From Chiloscyllium plagiosum (taxonomy: Eukaryota), in NCBI RefSeq assembly GCF_004010195.1, contig NC_057755.1, positions 7,566,769-7,623,830 of the forward strand: DNA of 57,062 nucleotides, in the 5' to 3' direction. Within the stretch, counting starts at the first letter, position 1, and every line of letters starts with the position of its first letter. Below are positions 38,943 through 51,064 of this stretch, piece after piece. The position numbers were made by a program, and so were the translations under genes. The notes under the pieces were generated by a model, which was not told where the DNA came from, made no database searches, and saw nothing but the letters and a program-made list of their open reading frames with translations.

Positions 38943-40585
38943 GGAGAAAGTGAGGACTGCAGATGCTGGAGATCAGAGCTGAAAAATGTGTTGCTGGAAA
39001 AGCGCAGCAGGTCAGGCAGCATCCAAGGAGCAGGAGAATTGACATTCCGGGCATAAGCCCTTCTTCAGGAATGAGGAAGGTGTGCCAAGCAGGCTAAGAT
39101 AAAAGGTAGGGAGGAGGGACTTGGGGGAGGGGCGTTGGAAATGCGATAGGTGGAAGGAGGTTAAGGTGAGGGTGATAGGCCGGAGAGGGCATGGGGGCGG
39201 AGAGGTCGGGAAGAAGATTGGAGGTCAAGAAGGCGGTGCTGAGTCCGAGGGTTGGGACTGAGATAAGGTAGGGGGAGGGAAAATGAGGAAGCTGGAGAAA
39301 TCTGCATTCATCCATTGTGGTTGAAGGGTTCCTAGGCGGAAGATGAGGCGCTCTTCCTCCAGNNNNNNNNNNNNNNNNNNNNNNNNNNNNNNNNNNNNNN
39401 NNNNNNNNNNNNNNNNNNNNNNNNNNNNNNNNNNNNNNNNNNNNNNNNNNNNNNNNNNNNNNNNNNNNNNNNNNNNNNNNNNNNNNNNNNNNNNNNNNNN
39501 NNNNNNNNNNNNNNNNNNNNNNNNNNNNNNNNNNNNNNNNNNNNNNNNNNNNNNNNNNNNNNNNNNNNNNNNNNNNNNNNNNNNNNNNNNNNNNNNNNNN
39601 NNNNNNNNNNNNNNNNNNNNNNNNNNNNNNNNNNNNNNNNNNNNNNNNNNNNNNNNNNNNNNNNNNNNNNNNNNNNNNNNNNNNNNNNNNNNNNNNNNNN
39701 NNNNNNNNNNNNNNNNNNNNNNNNNNNNNNNNNNNNNNNNNNNNNNNNNNNNNNNNNNNNNNNNNNNNNNNNNNNNNNNNNNNNNNNNNNNNNNNNNNNN
39801 NNNNNNNNNNNNNNNNNNNNNNNNNNNNNNNNNNNNNNNNNNNNNNNNNNNNNNNNNNNNNNNNNNNNNNNNNNNNNNNNNNNNNNNNNNNNNNNNNNNN
39901 NNNNNNNNNNNNNNNNNNNNNNNNNNNNNNNNNNCTCCCCCCTCACTTCCCTCCAAGGCCCCAAGGAATCCTTCCATATCAGTCACAAATTCACCTGCAC
40001 CTCCACACACACATCATTTACTGCATCCGCTGCACCCGATGCGGCCTCCTCTACATTGGGGAGACAGGCCGCCTACTTGCGGAACGTTTCAGAGAACACC
40101 TCTGGGACACCCACACCAACCAACCCAACCGCCCTGTGGCCGAACACTTTAACACCCCCTCCCCACCCTGCCAAGGACATGCAGGTCCTTGGCCTCCTCC
40201 ATCGCCAGACCATGGCAACACGGCGCCTGGAAGAAGAGCGCCTCATCTTCCGCCTCGGAACCCTCCAACCACAAGGGATGAATGCAGATTTCTCCAGCTT
40301 CCTCATTTCCCCTCCCCCACCTTATCTCAGTCCCAACCCTCGGGTTCAGCACCGCCTTCTTGACCTGCAATCTTCTTTCCAACCTCTCCGCCCCCATGCC
40401 CTCTCCGGCCTATCACCCTCACCTGAACCTCCTATCGCATTCCCAACGCCCCTCCTCCCTACCTTTTATCTTAGCCTGCTTGGCACACCCTCCTCATTCC
40501 TGAAGAAGGGCTTATGCCCGAAACGTCGATTCTCCTGCTCCTTGGATGCTGCCTGACCTGCTGCGTTTTTCCAGCAACACATTTT
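38943..40585. mobile_element. Neptune family 1 insertion with inverted 5' arm, spanning gap 39363-39934
   Basis: Minus pLTR 38943-39362; plus GIY-YIG and pLTR 39935-40585; near-identical 18-bp TSD at 38925-38942 and 40586-40603. Confidence 0.88.
40494..40533 (+). ncRNA. Minimal hammerhead ribozyme motif, intact core
   Basis: CTGAAGA(40500-40506)-A-GGGC-TTAT-GCCC-GAAACGTC(40520-40527). Confidence 0.75.
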
Positions 40586-41049
40586 TCAACTAAAACAATA
40601 CAGCCTTCCTTAGAGCTATTTATAAATCTTTAGGCACGTGCGGTGTCAGGTGACTGAGGGTAGTGCCCCCTCTGAGCAGTTATTACTTGGAAGCTGTTTG
40701 TGGAGTCTTCCTTTGCAGAAATTTTCGCGCCTGTTTCTGACACGATGCAAGCTCCTGTATTTGAAACTGCTACGACAGAGGGAAGCCCTTTGGCCTGTTG
40801 TGCTGTGCTAGCTCTTTGGAAGAACTGTCCACTCCCTCTTCTTCCACTCCCCTCTAGCTGTTTCTCTTGACAAATCCCCCTCCTCCCTCCCCCTCCCATT
40901 TTGAATGTGTCAAGTGTCACTGGGCAAGTGTTTTCATTTTCCTGCCCTCAGCCACAGACTTGAATGTTTTGATATTTTAATTGCTCAGCCGCAAGCCTTG
41001 AACGGTTGTGAAATTTCCTCCACAGATCAGACGTGTGGAGCCACACATA

Positions 41050-41880
41050 ACAGGACTGGCCCTTTGGCCAATTGAGTTTGCACTGACAAAGGACTCCTCA
41101 ATACCTACCCCAGTCCCACTTTCCTGACCTAGGCCCATACCCTTGGATGTTATGACACGACAGGTGCTGATCCAATACTTTTGAAAGGTTCTAAGGTTTC
41201 TCATCTCAACTACCCACCCAGGGAGTGCATTCCAGATTCCTCACCGTCTGGGTCAAAATAATTTATCCTCCAATCCCCTGTTAACCTCCTGCCCTTGACT
41301 TAAACATTCTGCCTCCTTGTTATCGACTATTTGATTAAGGGGAACAGCTGCTTCCTATTCACCCTGTCCATGCCCCTCATGATCTTGTATACCTCGATCA
41401 GCCCCCCCCCCCCCAACCTTCTCTGCTCCAAACAAAACAACCTGAGCTTCCCCAGCCCCTCTCTGTCACTGAATTGCTCCATCCCAGGCAATGTCCTGGT
41501 GAATCACCTCTGCACCCCCTCCAGCACAATCAAGCACTTCCAAGAGTGTAGGGACCAGAGTTGCACAGCGTACTGCAGCTATGGCCTCCCCTAAGTCATG
41601 TACAGCTCCAACATTTGCTTTCCAGCTCTTAAAACGAGTGGTTTGTGTCACGGTTTCATCCTGAGCAGCTCCATGATGATCATAGAATAGAATAGAATCC
41701 CTACAGTGTAGGAACAGGCTCTTCAGCCCATCAAGTCCACAGCGACCCTCCGAAGAGTAACCCAGACCCATTCCCCTACCCTATTCTCCTGTATTTTACC
41801 CCTACCTGATGCACCTAACCTGCATCAATCAATTGCCCTGTGGGCAATTTAGCATTGTCAGTTCACCTGACCTGCATGTC
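41050..41880 (-). mobile_element. CR1 3' fragment (about 41050-41630) and HE1 3' fragment (about 41685-41880)
   Basis: Reverse-strand CR1 C-terminal motifs; HE1 tail ccctacagtgtaggaacaggctcttcagccc. Confidence 0.75.
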
Positions 41881-44800
41881 CCTAAATATTTCAAGCATGT
41901 TAAAGGTGAGATTGAGAAGCCAGACGTTATTGTGCACGTCGGTAGGAATGACATTTTTAAGGAAAAGATTAAAGCAGTACAGCGTGAGTTTAAGAGGTTA
42001 GGTAGAAGATTAAAAAGTAGAACTTTAAAAGTAGTCATTTCTAGTTTACTATTTACTCCCAATGCCAAACTCAAAAGGAGGGAATGAAGAGTAGATTAAA
42101 GGAGATAAATCAAAGACTGAAGAGCTGGTGTGTTGTTCAGGGATTTTGGACAATTGAAATGTCTTTTGGGATAGAAATGACTTGTTCGGAACGGATGTGT
42201 CTGACCTGAACTGGAAAGGGACTGGAAATCTTAGCAGTGAGATTTGCTCATTCCATTAGGGGAAACTTTATATTGACAAAGAGGGGGACTGGAGGAATTC
42301 GAAATAACAGGGTTAACAGAAGGATTGATGGGAGAAGTTGTGAATGTCAGGGGAGCATGTCAACAAGGAAAGAACAAAGAGACAGTCCGAGTATGTAGTG
42401 ATTCTGGAGAACAAAATTGTGTTTACAGGTAAGGCTGATGAACTCAGTGTGTTTAAGAATATGGGATTGGGATGGCATAGCTATAGAAACTTGGGCTGCA
42501 AGATGGACCAGCCTGCAAACTCAGTGAGCCGGGTTTCGGATGCCTTCAAAAAGAAGACAAGGGGCGGGGGAGTGCTTTATAATTAAGGAATGTATTACTG
42601 CTATAACTAGGGAAGACATCCTCCAGTGAAAACGTATGGGTAGAAATTACAGATAAGAAAGGAAAGATCACTTTGATGGGATTGTACTGTAGGTCCCCTA
42701 ATAGTAAGAGAGAAATTGAGAATAAATATGTAGGGAGATTGCAGATATATGTAGAAAAGTTGAAATAATGGGGAATTTTAATTTTCCAAACATCAACTGG
42801 GGCTACCATAGCATGAAAGGTTTGGATGGTGAAGAAGGTGACAAATGTTTTTGAGAAAATTTTCATTATCAGTATGTGAATGCCCCTTCTAGAGAAGGAA
42901 CAAAACTAGACCACCTGTTGGGCAATAAGGCAGGACAGGTCACTGAAGTACTAGTGGGGAAGCACTTTGGGTCTAGCGATCATAATTCTGTTAGTTTCAA
43001 AATGATTATGGAAAATGATAAGCATTCCGTAAAAGTGAAAGTTTTTAATTGGAGAGAGGCAAATTTAAATGGTATGAGACAAGAACTTTCAAAAGTTGAT
43101 TGGAGTAGACTGTTCGCAGGTAAAAGGACATCTGACAAGTGGGAGGTGTTCAGGAGTGTGATGACAAGAATTCAGAGGCATTTTGTTCCTGTTGGAGTGA
43201 AGGGTAAGGCTGGTAAGATTAAGTATCAATGGATGAATAAAGCCATTGAGGTTCCAGTCATAGAGGTGTACAGCAAGGAAATCGACTCTGCAGTCCAACT
43301 CATCCATGCCGAGCAGATATCCTAAACTACTCTTGTCCCATTTGCCAGCACTTGGCCCACATCCCTCTTAAACCATTCCTATTCATATACCCATCCAGAT
43401 GCCTTTTAAATGTAGTAGTTGTTCCAGCCTCCACTTCCTACGGCAGCTCATTCCATACAAACACCGCCCTCTGTGTGAAAAAATTGCCTCCTTAGGTCCC
43501 TTTTAAATCTTTCTCCTTTCACCCTAAACCTATGCCCTCTAGTTCTGGATGCCCCATCCCAGGGAAAAACACCTTATTTATTTATGCCCCTCATGAGTTT
43601 ATAAACCTCTATAAGGTCACTTCTCAGCCCCGACGCTCCAGGGAAAACAGCCCCAGCCTGTTCAGCCTCTCCCTATAGCTCAAACCCTCCAATCTGGCAA
43701 CATGCTTGTAACTTGTTCTGCACCCTTTCAGGTTTCACAACATACTTCAGATAGGAGGGAGAACAGCCGAACCAATATCCTATACTGCCACAACGTGACC
43801 TCCCAACTCCTATACTCGATACTCTGACCAAAGCATGCCAAACACCGCCTTCACTATCCAATGTACGTGCGACTCCACTTTCATGGAACTATAAACGTAC
43901 ACGCCAAGGTCTCTTTGTTCAGCAACATTCCCCAGGACGTCACCACTAAGTGTATAAGTCCTGTGTGATTTATCTTTCCAAAATTCAGCACCTCACATTT
44001 ATCTAAATTGAACTTCATCTGCCACTCCTCAACCCATTGACCCATCTGATCAAGAATAAAAGATGATCTTATTTTAAATATCGACAACTTGGTTCAGTTG
44101 AATCAATATAAATAGTGCAGAGACGTTCTTGAGAGAGAAATCAGGAAGGCAAAGAGGGGATGTGAGATAACATTGGCAGGTAAGAATAAGCCAAAGAGAT
44201 TCTCCAAATACATTCAGAGTGACAGGGCAACAAGAAAGACGGTAGGTCCTCGTAAAGATCAAGGAGGGTGTCTTTATGTTGAAGTCTGAGATGGCAGAGA
44301 TATTAAATTGATATTTTGCATCAGTTTTTACTGTGAGGAAAGAAATGGAGTCTAGAGAATGCAGAGAAATAAATCTTCGTGTTTTAAAAATAGCTCACAT
44401 TGCAGAAGAGGAAGTTTGGCAGGCCTTATAATATAAAGGTGGGTAAATCTCCAAAACCTGATCTAATGTATCCCAGAACATTGTGGAAAGTAAGGGAGGG
44501 AATTATAAGACCCATTCCAGAAATATTTGCATCATTGATAACTACGGGTGAGGTGCCTGATGACAGGGGGGTGGCTAATGTTGTACTATTGTTGAAGAAA
44601 GGTTGTAAGGAGAAACTGGGCAATTATAAATCGGAGTCTGACTTCAGTTGTGGGTGAATTGTTGGCAGTGATTATAAAATGTAGGATTTATGGTCCAGTA
44701 GAGGCAAAAATTGATTGTGGATAGTCAGCATGGTTTTGTGTGAGGAACATTGTCTCACAAACTTGATTAAGTTTTTTGAGGAAGTTACCAAAAAGATGGT

Positions 44801-45926
44801 TGATGGCAGAGCAATAGACATTTGTTTGGATTTTAGTAAAACCTTTGACAAGGTTCCACATGGTGAGCTAATTAGTAAAGTTAGGTTACATGGGATTCAG
44901 GATAAGCTTGCCAATTGGATACGTAATTGGTTTAATGGCAGGAGACAGAGTAATGGTGGAGAGTTGCTTTTCAAACGGGAGGCATGTTACCAGTGGTGTT
45001 CCATAAAGATCGATTTTTGGGTCCTCTTTTTGATTGTCATTTAAATAAATGATTTGGATGAGAATAAAGAAGACATGATTAGTAAGTTTGCAGATCACAC
45101 AAAAATTGGTAGCATAGCAGATAGCAAAGAAGGTTTTCTAAGATTACAAATGGGTCAATGGGCTGAAAAATGGCAGGCGGAGTTCAGTCTGGATAAATAG
45201 GACGTATTGCGTTTTGGTACAAAAAAAACAAGGGTAGGGCTTGTATAATTAATGGTGTTGAAGAACAGAGGGACCTAGTGAAGTTTGTGTCACATATAAA
45301 CGGGGGTTTAAAACAGCGTTTAGCACGCTTGCCTTCATTGCTCAGTCCTTTTGATTATAGGAGTTGGGAAGTCATGCTGGGGTTGTACAGGACATTGGTG
45401 AGACCTCTTCTGGAATACTACGTCCTGTTCTAATCATCCAGTTATAGGAAGGGCATTATCAAGATGGAGAGGGCTCAGATGAGATTTCCCAGGGTGTTGC
45501 TGGGTACGGAACATTTGAGTTAAAAAGAAAGGCTGGGGCTTTTCTCACTGGAGTGTAGGAGGTTGAGAGGCGACCTTATCGAATCATGAGAGGTTTGGGT
45601 AGAGTTAATGGGAGTTGTCTTTTGCCTAAGAGGGGAGATTTCAAGACTAGGGGGCACATTTTTAAGGTGAGAGGAGAGAGCTTTAGAAAAGGCACGAGAG
45701 GTAAATGTTTTGCACAGAGGGTGATTCTCATGTGGAGTGAACGTCCTGAGGAAGTGGAGAATGTGGGTACACTTTTACAATATGTGGATAGATCCATTAA
45801 TAGGAAAGGTTTGGAGAGATATGGGCCAGGACCAGGCAAGCGTGACGTGTTTAGTTTGGAATTCTGTTCGGCATGGACTGGTTGGACCGAAGGATCTGTT
45901 TCCATGCTGTATGACTCTCTGACTCT
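41880..45926 (+). mobile_element. Long degenerate CR1 LINE (ORF1 esterase remnant, APE, RT, 3' end) with nested minus-strand CR1 (about 43256-44055)
   Basis: PDVIVHVGRND (ORF1); LDHLLGN...GSSDHN (APE); ORFs 44400..45044 RT; ORF 45586.. C-terminus. Confidence 0.88.
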
Positions 45927-46285
45927 AGAACAAGGAGTTGTCCCTGACCAAGTGTTGCAGACTGACATGTTCCAAGGTCTAGGGCTATGTGCTGAGGGAA
46001 GCGCTAAAGCTTGGGGCAGCTCCTGCCAAAGCTATGTGGGGAAAGACCACAGTCTGTGGGCTTTCTGCCAAAGTTCAGTTAGTGGACCCTCCGAGTGCCT
46101 CAAATATATGTAAATATTAGTATTGTATGTGTAAGAGAGGTCTTTGGTTTTTTCGATGGAGTCGAAGTCCAGTGTTTAGTTTATTTACTTGATGTGCAAC
46201 TGCACAGAACTGAACTGCTTTTGTAATAATGTACTTTTCCAAAGAGATTTTTGTTTAATGAATAAAGTATATTTTTGAAATAAAA
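45924..46285 (+). mobile_element. L1/Tx1-clade LINE 3' end
   Basis: Homologous to 49145-49515 (ccctgaccaagtgttgcagactg...ggaaagacca); AATAAA and A-rich end. Confidence 0.7.
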
Positions 46286-46548
46286 GGACTCTTTAAAATG
46301 TGTGGGCATAACTGATAAAGACAACAAGCCATATGCCGCCTTAACTACCATCTAACGTGTTCTGCTGCATTCAAGGATCTGTGGATAAGCAGCAAAGATC
46401 CCTCCGTTTCCCTGAGCTTCCTAATGTCTCGCCACTCGTGGACTACTCCCTTATCTAGTCACATGATCTTGTTGAACCCAGCAGCAGAGGCCAAATGGCC
46501 GACTCCTGCTCCTGCTTGACTTGGTCTCTGTCTCCAAGGTCGTTGAAG

Positions 46549-46917
46549 GGGAGGCAGTGGGTTACTGGTATTATTGCTCGCCTATCAATCCTGAGATCCG
46601 GCTAATGTTCGAGGGACAGGGGTTCAAATCCCACCGAGGCAGATGATGGTTTTCAAATTCAATAGAGAAACAAATAGCTGACATTAGGAGTCCAGCGTTG
46701 ATCATGAAACTGTTGCTGATTGTCCGGGGGAAAAAAAAGAAACCCCAATGTCCCCAAGGAAGGAAACTGTTGTCCTTTACCTGGTCTGGCCCACATGTCA
46801 CTCCAGATGGAGAGTGATGTGGTTAACACTGATCTGTCTTCAGGGCAATTAGGGAAGTGTAATAAAAATGCTGGCCTAGCCAGAGGCACCCACATCCCTG
46901 TGAATGAGTAAAAAATA
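46549..46917 (+). mobile_element. Second tRNA-derived SINE family, full length
   Basis: B-box ggttcaaatccc at 46621; tail aataaaaatgctggcctagccag...gtgaatgagtaaaaaa; related fragments near 29706-29835(+) and 19790-19970(-). Confidence 0.7.
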
Positions 46918-47055
46918 ATCTGTTCAGTCCACGGTCTTCCAACCTGGCGCCGCATTCCAGGCAGCCTTCTGAGCAGAAGCTGATAGTATTCTTCCCCTCC
47001 TTCTGGGAATGGAAGCCATTAACAGCCAGCAAGGCGACTAACCATTTGTCTACTG

Positions 47056-47176
47056 AAGAAGGGCTTATGACCGAAACATAGATTCTCCTGCTCCTGGATG
47101 CTGCCTGACCTGCTGCGCTTTTCCAGCAACACATTTTCAGCTCTGATCTCCAGCAGCTGCAGTCCTCACTTTCTCC
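47056..47176 (+). mobile_element. Short Neptune pLTR-tail insert starting at the hammerhead core
   Basis: (CTG)AAGAAGGGCTTATGACCGAAAC...cactttctcc; 11-bp TSD tttgtctactg (47045-47055, 47177-47187). Confidence 0.82.
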
Positions 47177-47254
47177 TTTGTCTACTGTGGTCAGACACGG
47201 AGTCTGACCCCAGAGTGACCTTGTACTGACAAAATGGCTGATTGGCCACCTTAA

Positions 47255-49516
47255 ACTCTACCAGGGAGGCTTTTGACAGGAGCACACAGAGCGGCATGGT
47301 GGCTCAGTGGTTAGCACTGCTGCCTCACAGCACCAGGGTCCCAGGTTCGATTACAGCCTTGGGCCACTGTCTGTGGGTTTTCTCTGGATGCTCCGGTTTC
47401 CTCCCACAGTCCAAAGATGTGCAAGTTAGGGCGAATTAGCCATGGCAAATTGCCCATAGTGTTGGGTGTTAGTCAGAGGGAAATGGGTCTGGGTGGATTA
47501 CTCTTCAGAGGGTTGGTCTAGACTGCTTAGGCCGAAGGGCCTGCTTCCACGCTGTAGGGAATCTAATCTAATCACATGGAAGAGGCTGGACCAGCCGTTA
47601 CCTCTGGATGAGCTGACCAAAGCCCTCGAGATCATGGAAAAGAACAAAGGTTCCAAAAGCGACGGCATATCGGCCGAGTTGTATTCGCCTCGGTGGGACC
47701 TGATTGACCAGGACCTCCTGGAGGTCTAGGACGGTATGCTTTTTGCAGGCAGCACGTACGAGCCCATGAGGAAAGGTATCATCACCCTCATCTACGAAGG
47801 GGGAGAGACAGGAAATGAGAAATTGGCGACTGTTTTCACTGTCAAGTGTGGATTAGAAAATCCTGTGTTGAGTTATCGCCGACCGGATTAGGTCTGCTCT
47901 GGGCTCAGTGATTCACCCTGACCAAACCTGTCCTGTACTGGGTAGGACGATATCCGAGAGCCTCATGCTCCTCAGGGATACAATTGCCTGCGTGCAGGAC
48001 AGGGGAGTGGCCTCCTGCCTCAGCAGCCTGGACCAGGAGAAGGCCTATTGACAGGATATTGCACACTGATATGTGGAACGTGCTGCCCAAAATGGGGAGG
48101 GGATTCGCGACTGGATCTGACGGCTCTGCGCTAACATTGTTCGTGCGGTCTCAATCAATGGGTGGGAGTCAGAAAGCTTCCTGATCAGATCCAGAGTCAG
48201 GCGGGGCTACCCATTCTCTCCTGCCTTGTTTGTGTGTTGTACAGAGTCTTTTGTGGAATCCATCAGGAAGGATGCAAGCCTGAGGCGGGGGGGGGGGGGG
48301 AGCTGTTCCAGGCAGCGGAGGCCTGCAGGCCAAAGCCGATCTTCCTGTTCTCTCTGTTATATGTGGCGAAGGTCTGGCCCATTGCCGGAGCCACCTTTGA
48401 TTTCACCTGGAGGTCAAAGGTGGACTGTGTCTGCAGGGAATCCATGTACGAAGCTCTGGATAAGTAGGGTGCAAAAACATACCCGACCTCACCCTCAGTC
48501 TGATTGCCAGCTTGGTATGCAGCTGCCTCAAGCTGATGAAGGGCTTTTTCCCGAAACGCCGATTTTCCTGCTCCTCGGATGCTGCCTGACCTGCTGTGCT
48601 TTCTCAGCACCACTCTGACCTAGACTCTGATCTCCAGCATCTGCAGACCTCACTTTTGCCCTCACTATGCAAACACCAAGTGTCACTATATACTGAGGTT
48701 TTACCTGTCCCTGGTGTTGCGAAGGATGGGCCTGGCGTTGCTGCCGCTGAACATTCCAAAGTAGTTGGACTGTTCTGTACCACATGTCCTTCGTGGAGAA
48801 ATTCGCAAAGAGAAATACCTTTGACCACCTCGTCCATGAGGAAGTGGTCAGCACGTAGCGTCCTTGAGACCCTGTGGGAAAAGGAGAGGGTGGATCCTGT
48901 CATGTGGTTCCCTGAGCAGACTGTCAACGTTGTTTGGCAGAATGCCTCATTGCCAGTATACGGACTCTCACAGGTCTCCAGCCGGAATGTGCCTCTGCAA
49001 AGGAGGAAGGTGCAGTGGTTTTTGTCGCCGTTTGTCCCAAGTAGCTCAGTGATGGAGCTGGACGCAGAGACAAACATCGACTGCGTCTGGAGGACCATCA
49101 ACTCCATGAAAGACCCTCTTGGTCTGGGAGAAACCTGCTGGTCCTCCAGAGCAAGGGGTTGACCCTGACCAAGTGTTGCAGACTGGCACGTTCTAAGATC
49201 CAGGACGATACACTGAGGGACACACTAAAGCTCGGGACAGCTGCCGCCAAGGCGCAGTGAGGAAAGACCAATGTCTGAAGTCTTTCTGCCCAAGGTAAAT
49301 AGGGGACCGTTTCATCCTCGGACCCTCCATGTGCTTCAAATATATCTAAGTGTCGTCTTGGACAGGTAGGAATTGCCTTTGGTTTGTTTGCTGGATAGAG
49401 TCAGACTTCAGTGTTTGTTCATATTTTACTGTACAGAGCGGAAGCACTTTTAACGATTATGTGTCCATATAAGATACTTCTATGAATAAAATGTATGTTT
49501 GAAATTGTTAAAAAAA
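47255..49516 (+). mobile_element. Degenerate L1/Tx1-clade LINE ORF2 and 3' end, with nested HE1 (about 47290-47572) and PLE tail (about 48533-48660)
   Basis: LDELTKAL...SDGISAELYS...DLLEV; RKGIITLIY; NWR; IHPDQT; DQEKA; ends aataaaa...aaaaaaa. Confidence 0.8.
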
Positions 49517-49871
49517 GAGTGAAGCTGATTGGTTCTGCTGATTTCAATGTCGAATGACGCTGTTCCTGAAGTTATGACTTTGGCCAGTGAGCGGTTTTTG
49601 GGTGTTCTGAGGTTGTGAGACACACTAGTTCAGTGCGAGGGCTCATTCCTTACAGGTGGTTAGGGTAAGAGTACCAATTCAGACTCAAAATTAGGTGCAG
49701 TTCAGGGGAAGGTTCATTGGACTTAAAACGTTAACTCTGCTTCTAGCCCACAAATAATGTCAGATCTGCTGTGTTTCTCAAGCCATTTTGGTTTTTATTT
49801 CAGATTTCCAGCATCCACCGATCCTGGTTTTATTTCAGAGTAATGTTGTGCTCTTCTTCTTATCTCTGCAG

Positions 49872-49918
49872 ATTCCTATACACCACAGCCACCCTGATGA
49901 TCGCCTTCTCGCATGCTG
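49872..49918 (+). CDS. slc43a3: SLC43A3-like coding exon 3
   Basis: Acceptor ctgcag ending 49871; (I)FLYTTATLMIAFSHA; donor GTGAGT at 49919; phases match exons 2 and 4. Confidence 0.9.
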
Positions 49919-49934
49919 GTGAGTCGAGCTCGTC

Positions 49935-50345
49935 GCGCTGTCAGAGGATCAGCGCTGAGGGAGCACCACCCTGTCGGAGGGTCAGCACTGAGGGAGCGCC
50001 GCGCTGTCAGAGGAGCAGTGCTGAGGGAGCACCGCCCTATCAGAATGTCAGAGCTGAGGGGCACCGCCCTGTCGGAGGGTCAGCACTGAGGGAGCGCTGC
50101 GCTGTCAGAGGATCAGCACTGAGGGAGCACTGCGCTGTCGGAGGGGCAGTGCTGAGGGAGCACCGCCCTGTCAGAGCTGAGGGGGCGCCGCCCTGTCGGA
50201 GGGTCAGCGCTGGGGGAGGGCCGCGCTGTCAGAGGGTCAGCATTGAGGGAGCGTCACCCTGTTGGAGGATCAGTGCTGAGGCAGCACTATCAGAGAGTCA
50301 GTGTTGAGGGAGTGCAACACATTTGGGGGCCAGTGCTGAGGGGGT
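49935..50345. repeat. About 33-bp GC-rich minisatellite (gagggagcrccrcnctgtcggagggtcagcrct), roughly 12 units
   Basis: Direct reading; the same unit occurs at about 28615-28715 and 29600-29705. Confidence 0.9.
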
Positions 50346-50384
50346 TTGAAATGTAAGACCAATCAGTATCTTTCTTTGTTGCAG

Positions 50385-50461
50385 ATACTGCAGTGCTGCT
50401 GTTTCCTGCTATCTGTCTGCTTGCAGTGGGCGGAATCCTATTCCTTTTGACAAATATACAG
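50385..50461 (+). CDS. slc43a3: SLC43A3-like coding exon 4
   Basis: Acceptor ttgcag ending 50384; (D)TAVLLFPAICLLAVGGILFLLTNIQ; donor GTAATC at 50462 (phase 0). Confidence 0.92.
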
Positions 50462-51064
50462 GTAATCACCAATGGTTATGTTTCTACCTATGGTAGCACT
50501 GCTTGGAATTTTGCCTGCACACAGTCTGTTGCATAGTACTGTCTAACTAAAATATAAAGTTAATGATTTTAACGTCTGTACAACCCTTGTCAGTTTGTAA
50601 CCTCTTGGATCAAGTCCACATTTCCATTAGTCACTAGAAAACAAAATACCGTGGTTTCAGTTATAAAACAGATCGATAATCCGGAAAGTTCTGTAAATGC
50701 GGTCATCCTGCGCTGTGCAGAATGATTGTAATATTTGCTTATCACTGAATAAGACAGTAATAATGTTTCAGTGGCTGTACTTAAGACAGCATCTCACTGC
50801 ATTAGAAGCATTTCAGAGCAGCTCATTGATTCCTTGTATAAGGGCATTATGAGGCAAGGTTGACCAGCGCGGCCCTTTGTCCTCAGGAATTCAAAAGAAC
50901 AAGAGGTGACCTTATTGAAAGGTGAGGGGTCTCAACAGGGTGGACACTGAGAGGATGTTTCCCCTTGAGAGAGAGAGAGAGAGAGAGAGAGGGTCCACGC
51001 TACAGGGCACAGTTTCGTTTTAGAGGAGTCTCCTAAGTGATAAGGATTCATTGCTCAGACCTTT

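Noticed and set aside
48515..48670. TSD around the PLE tail inside the Tx1 element
   Set aside because: Only a 5-nt match (cctca), not convincing
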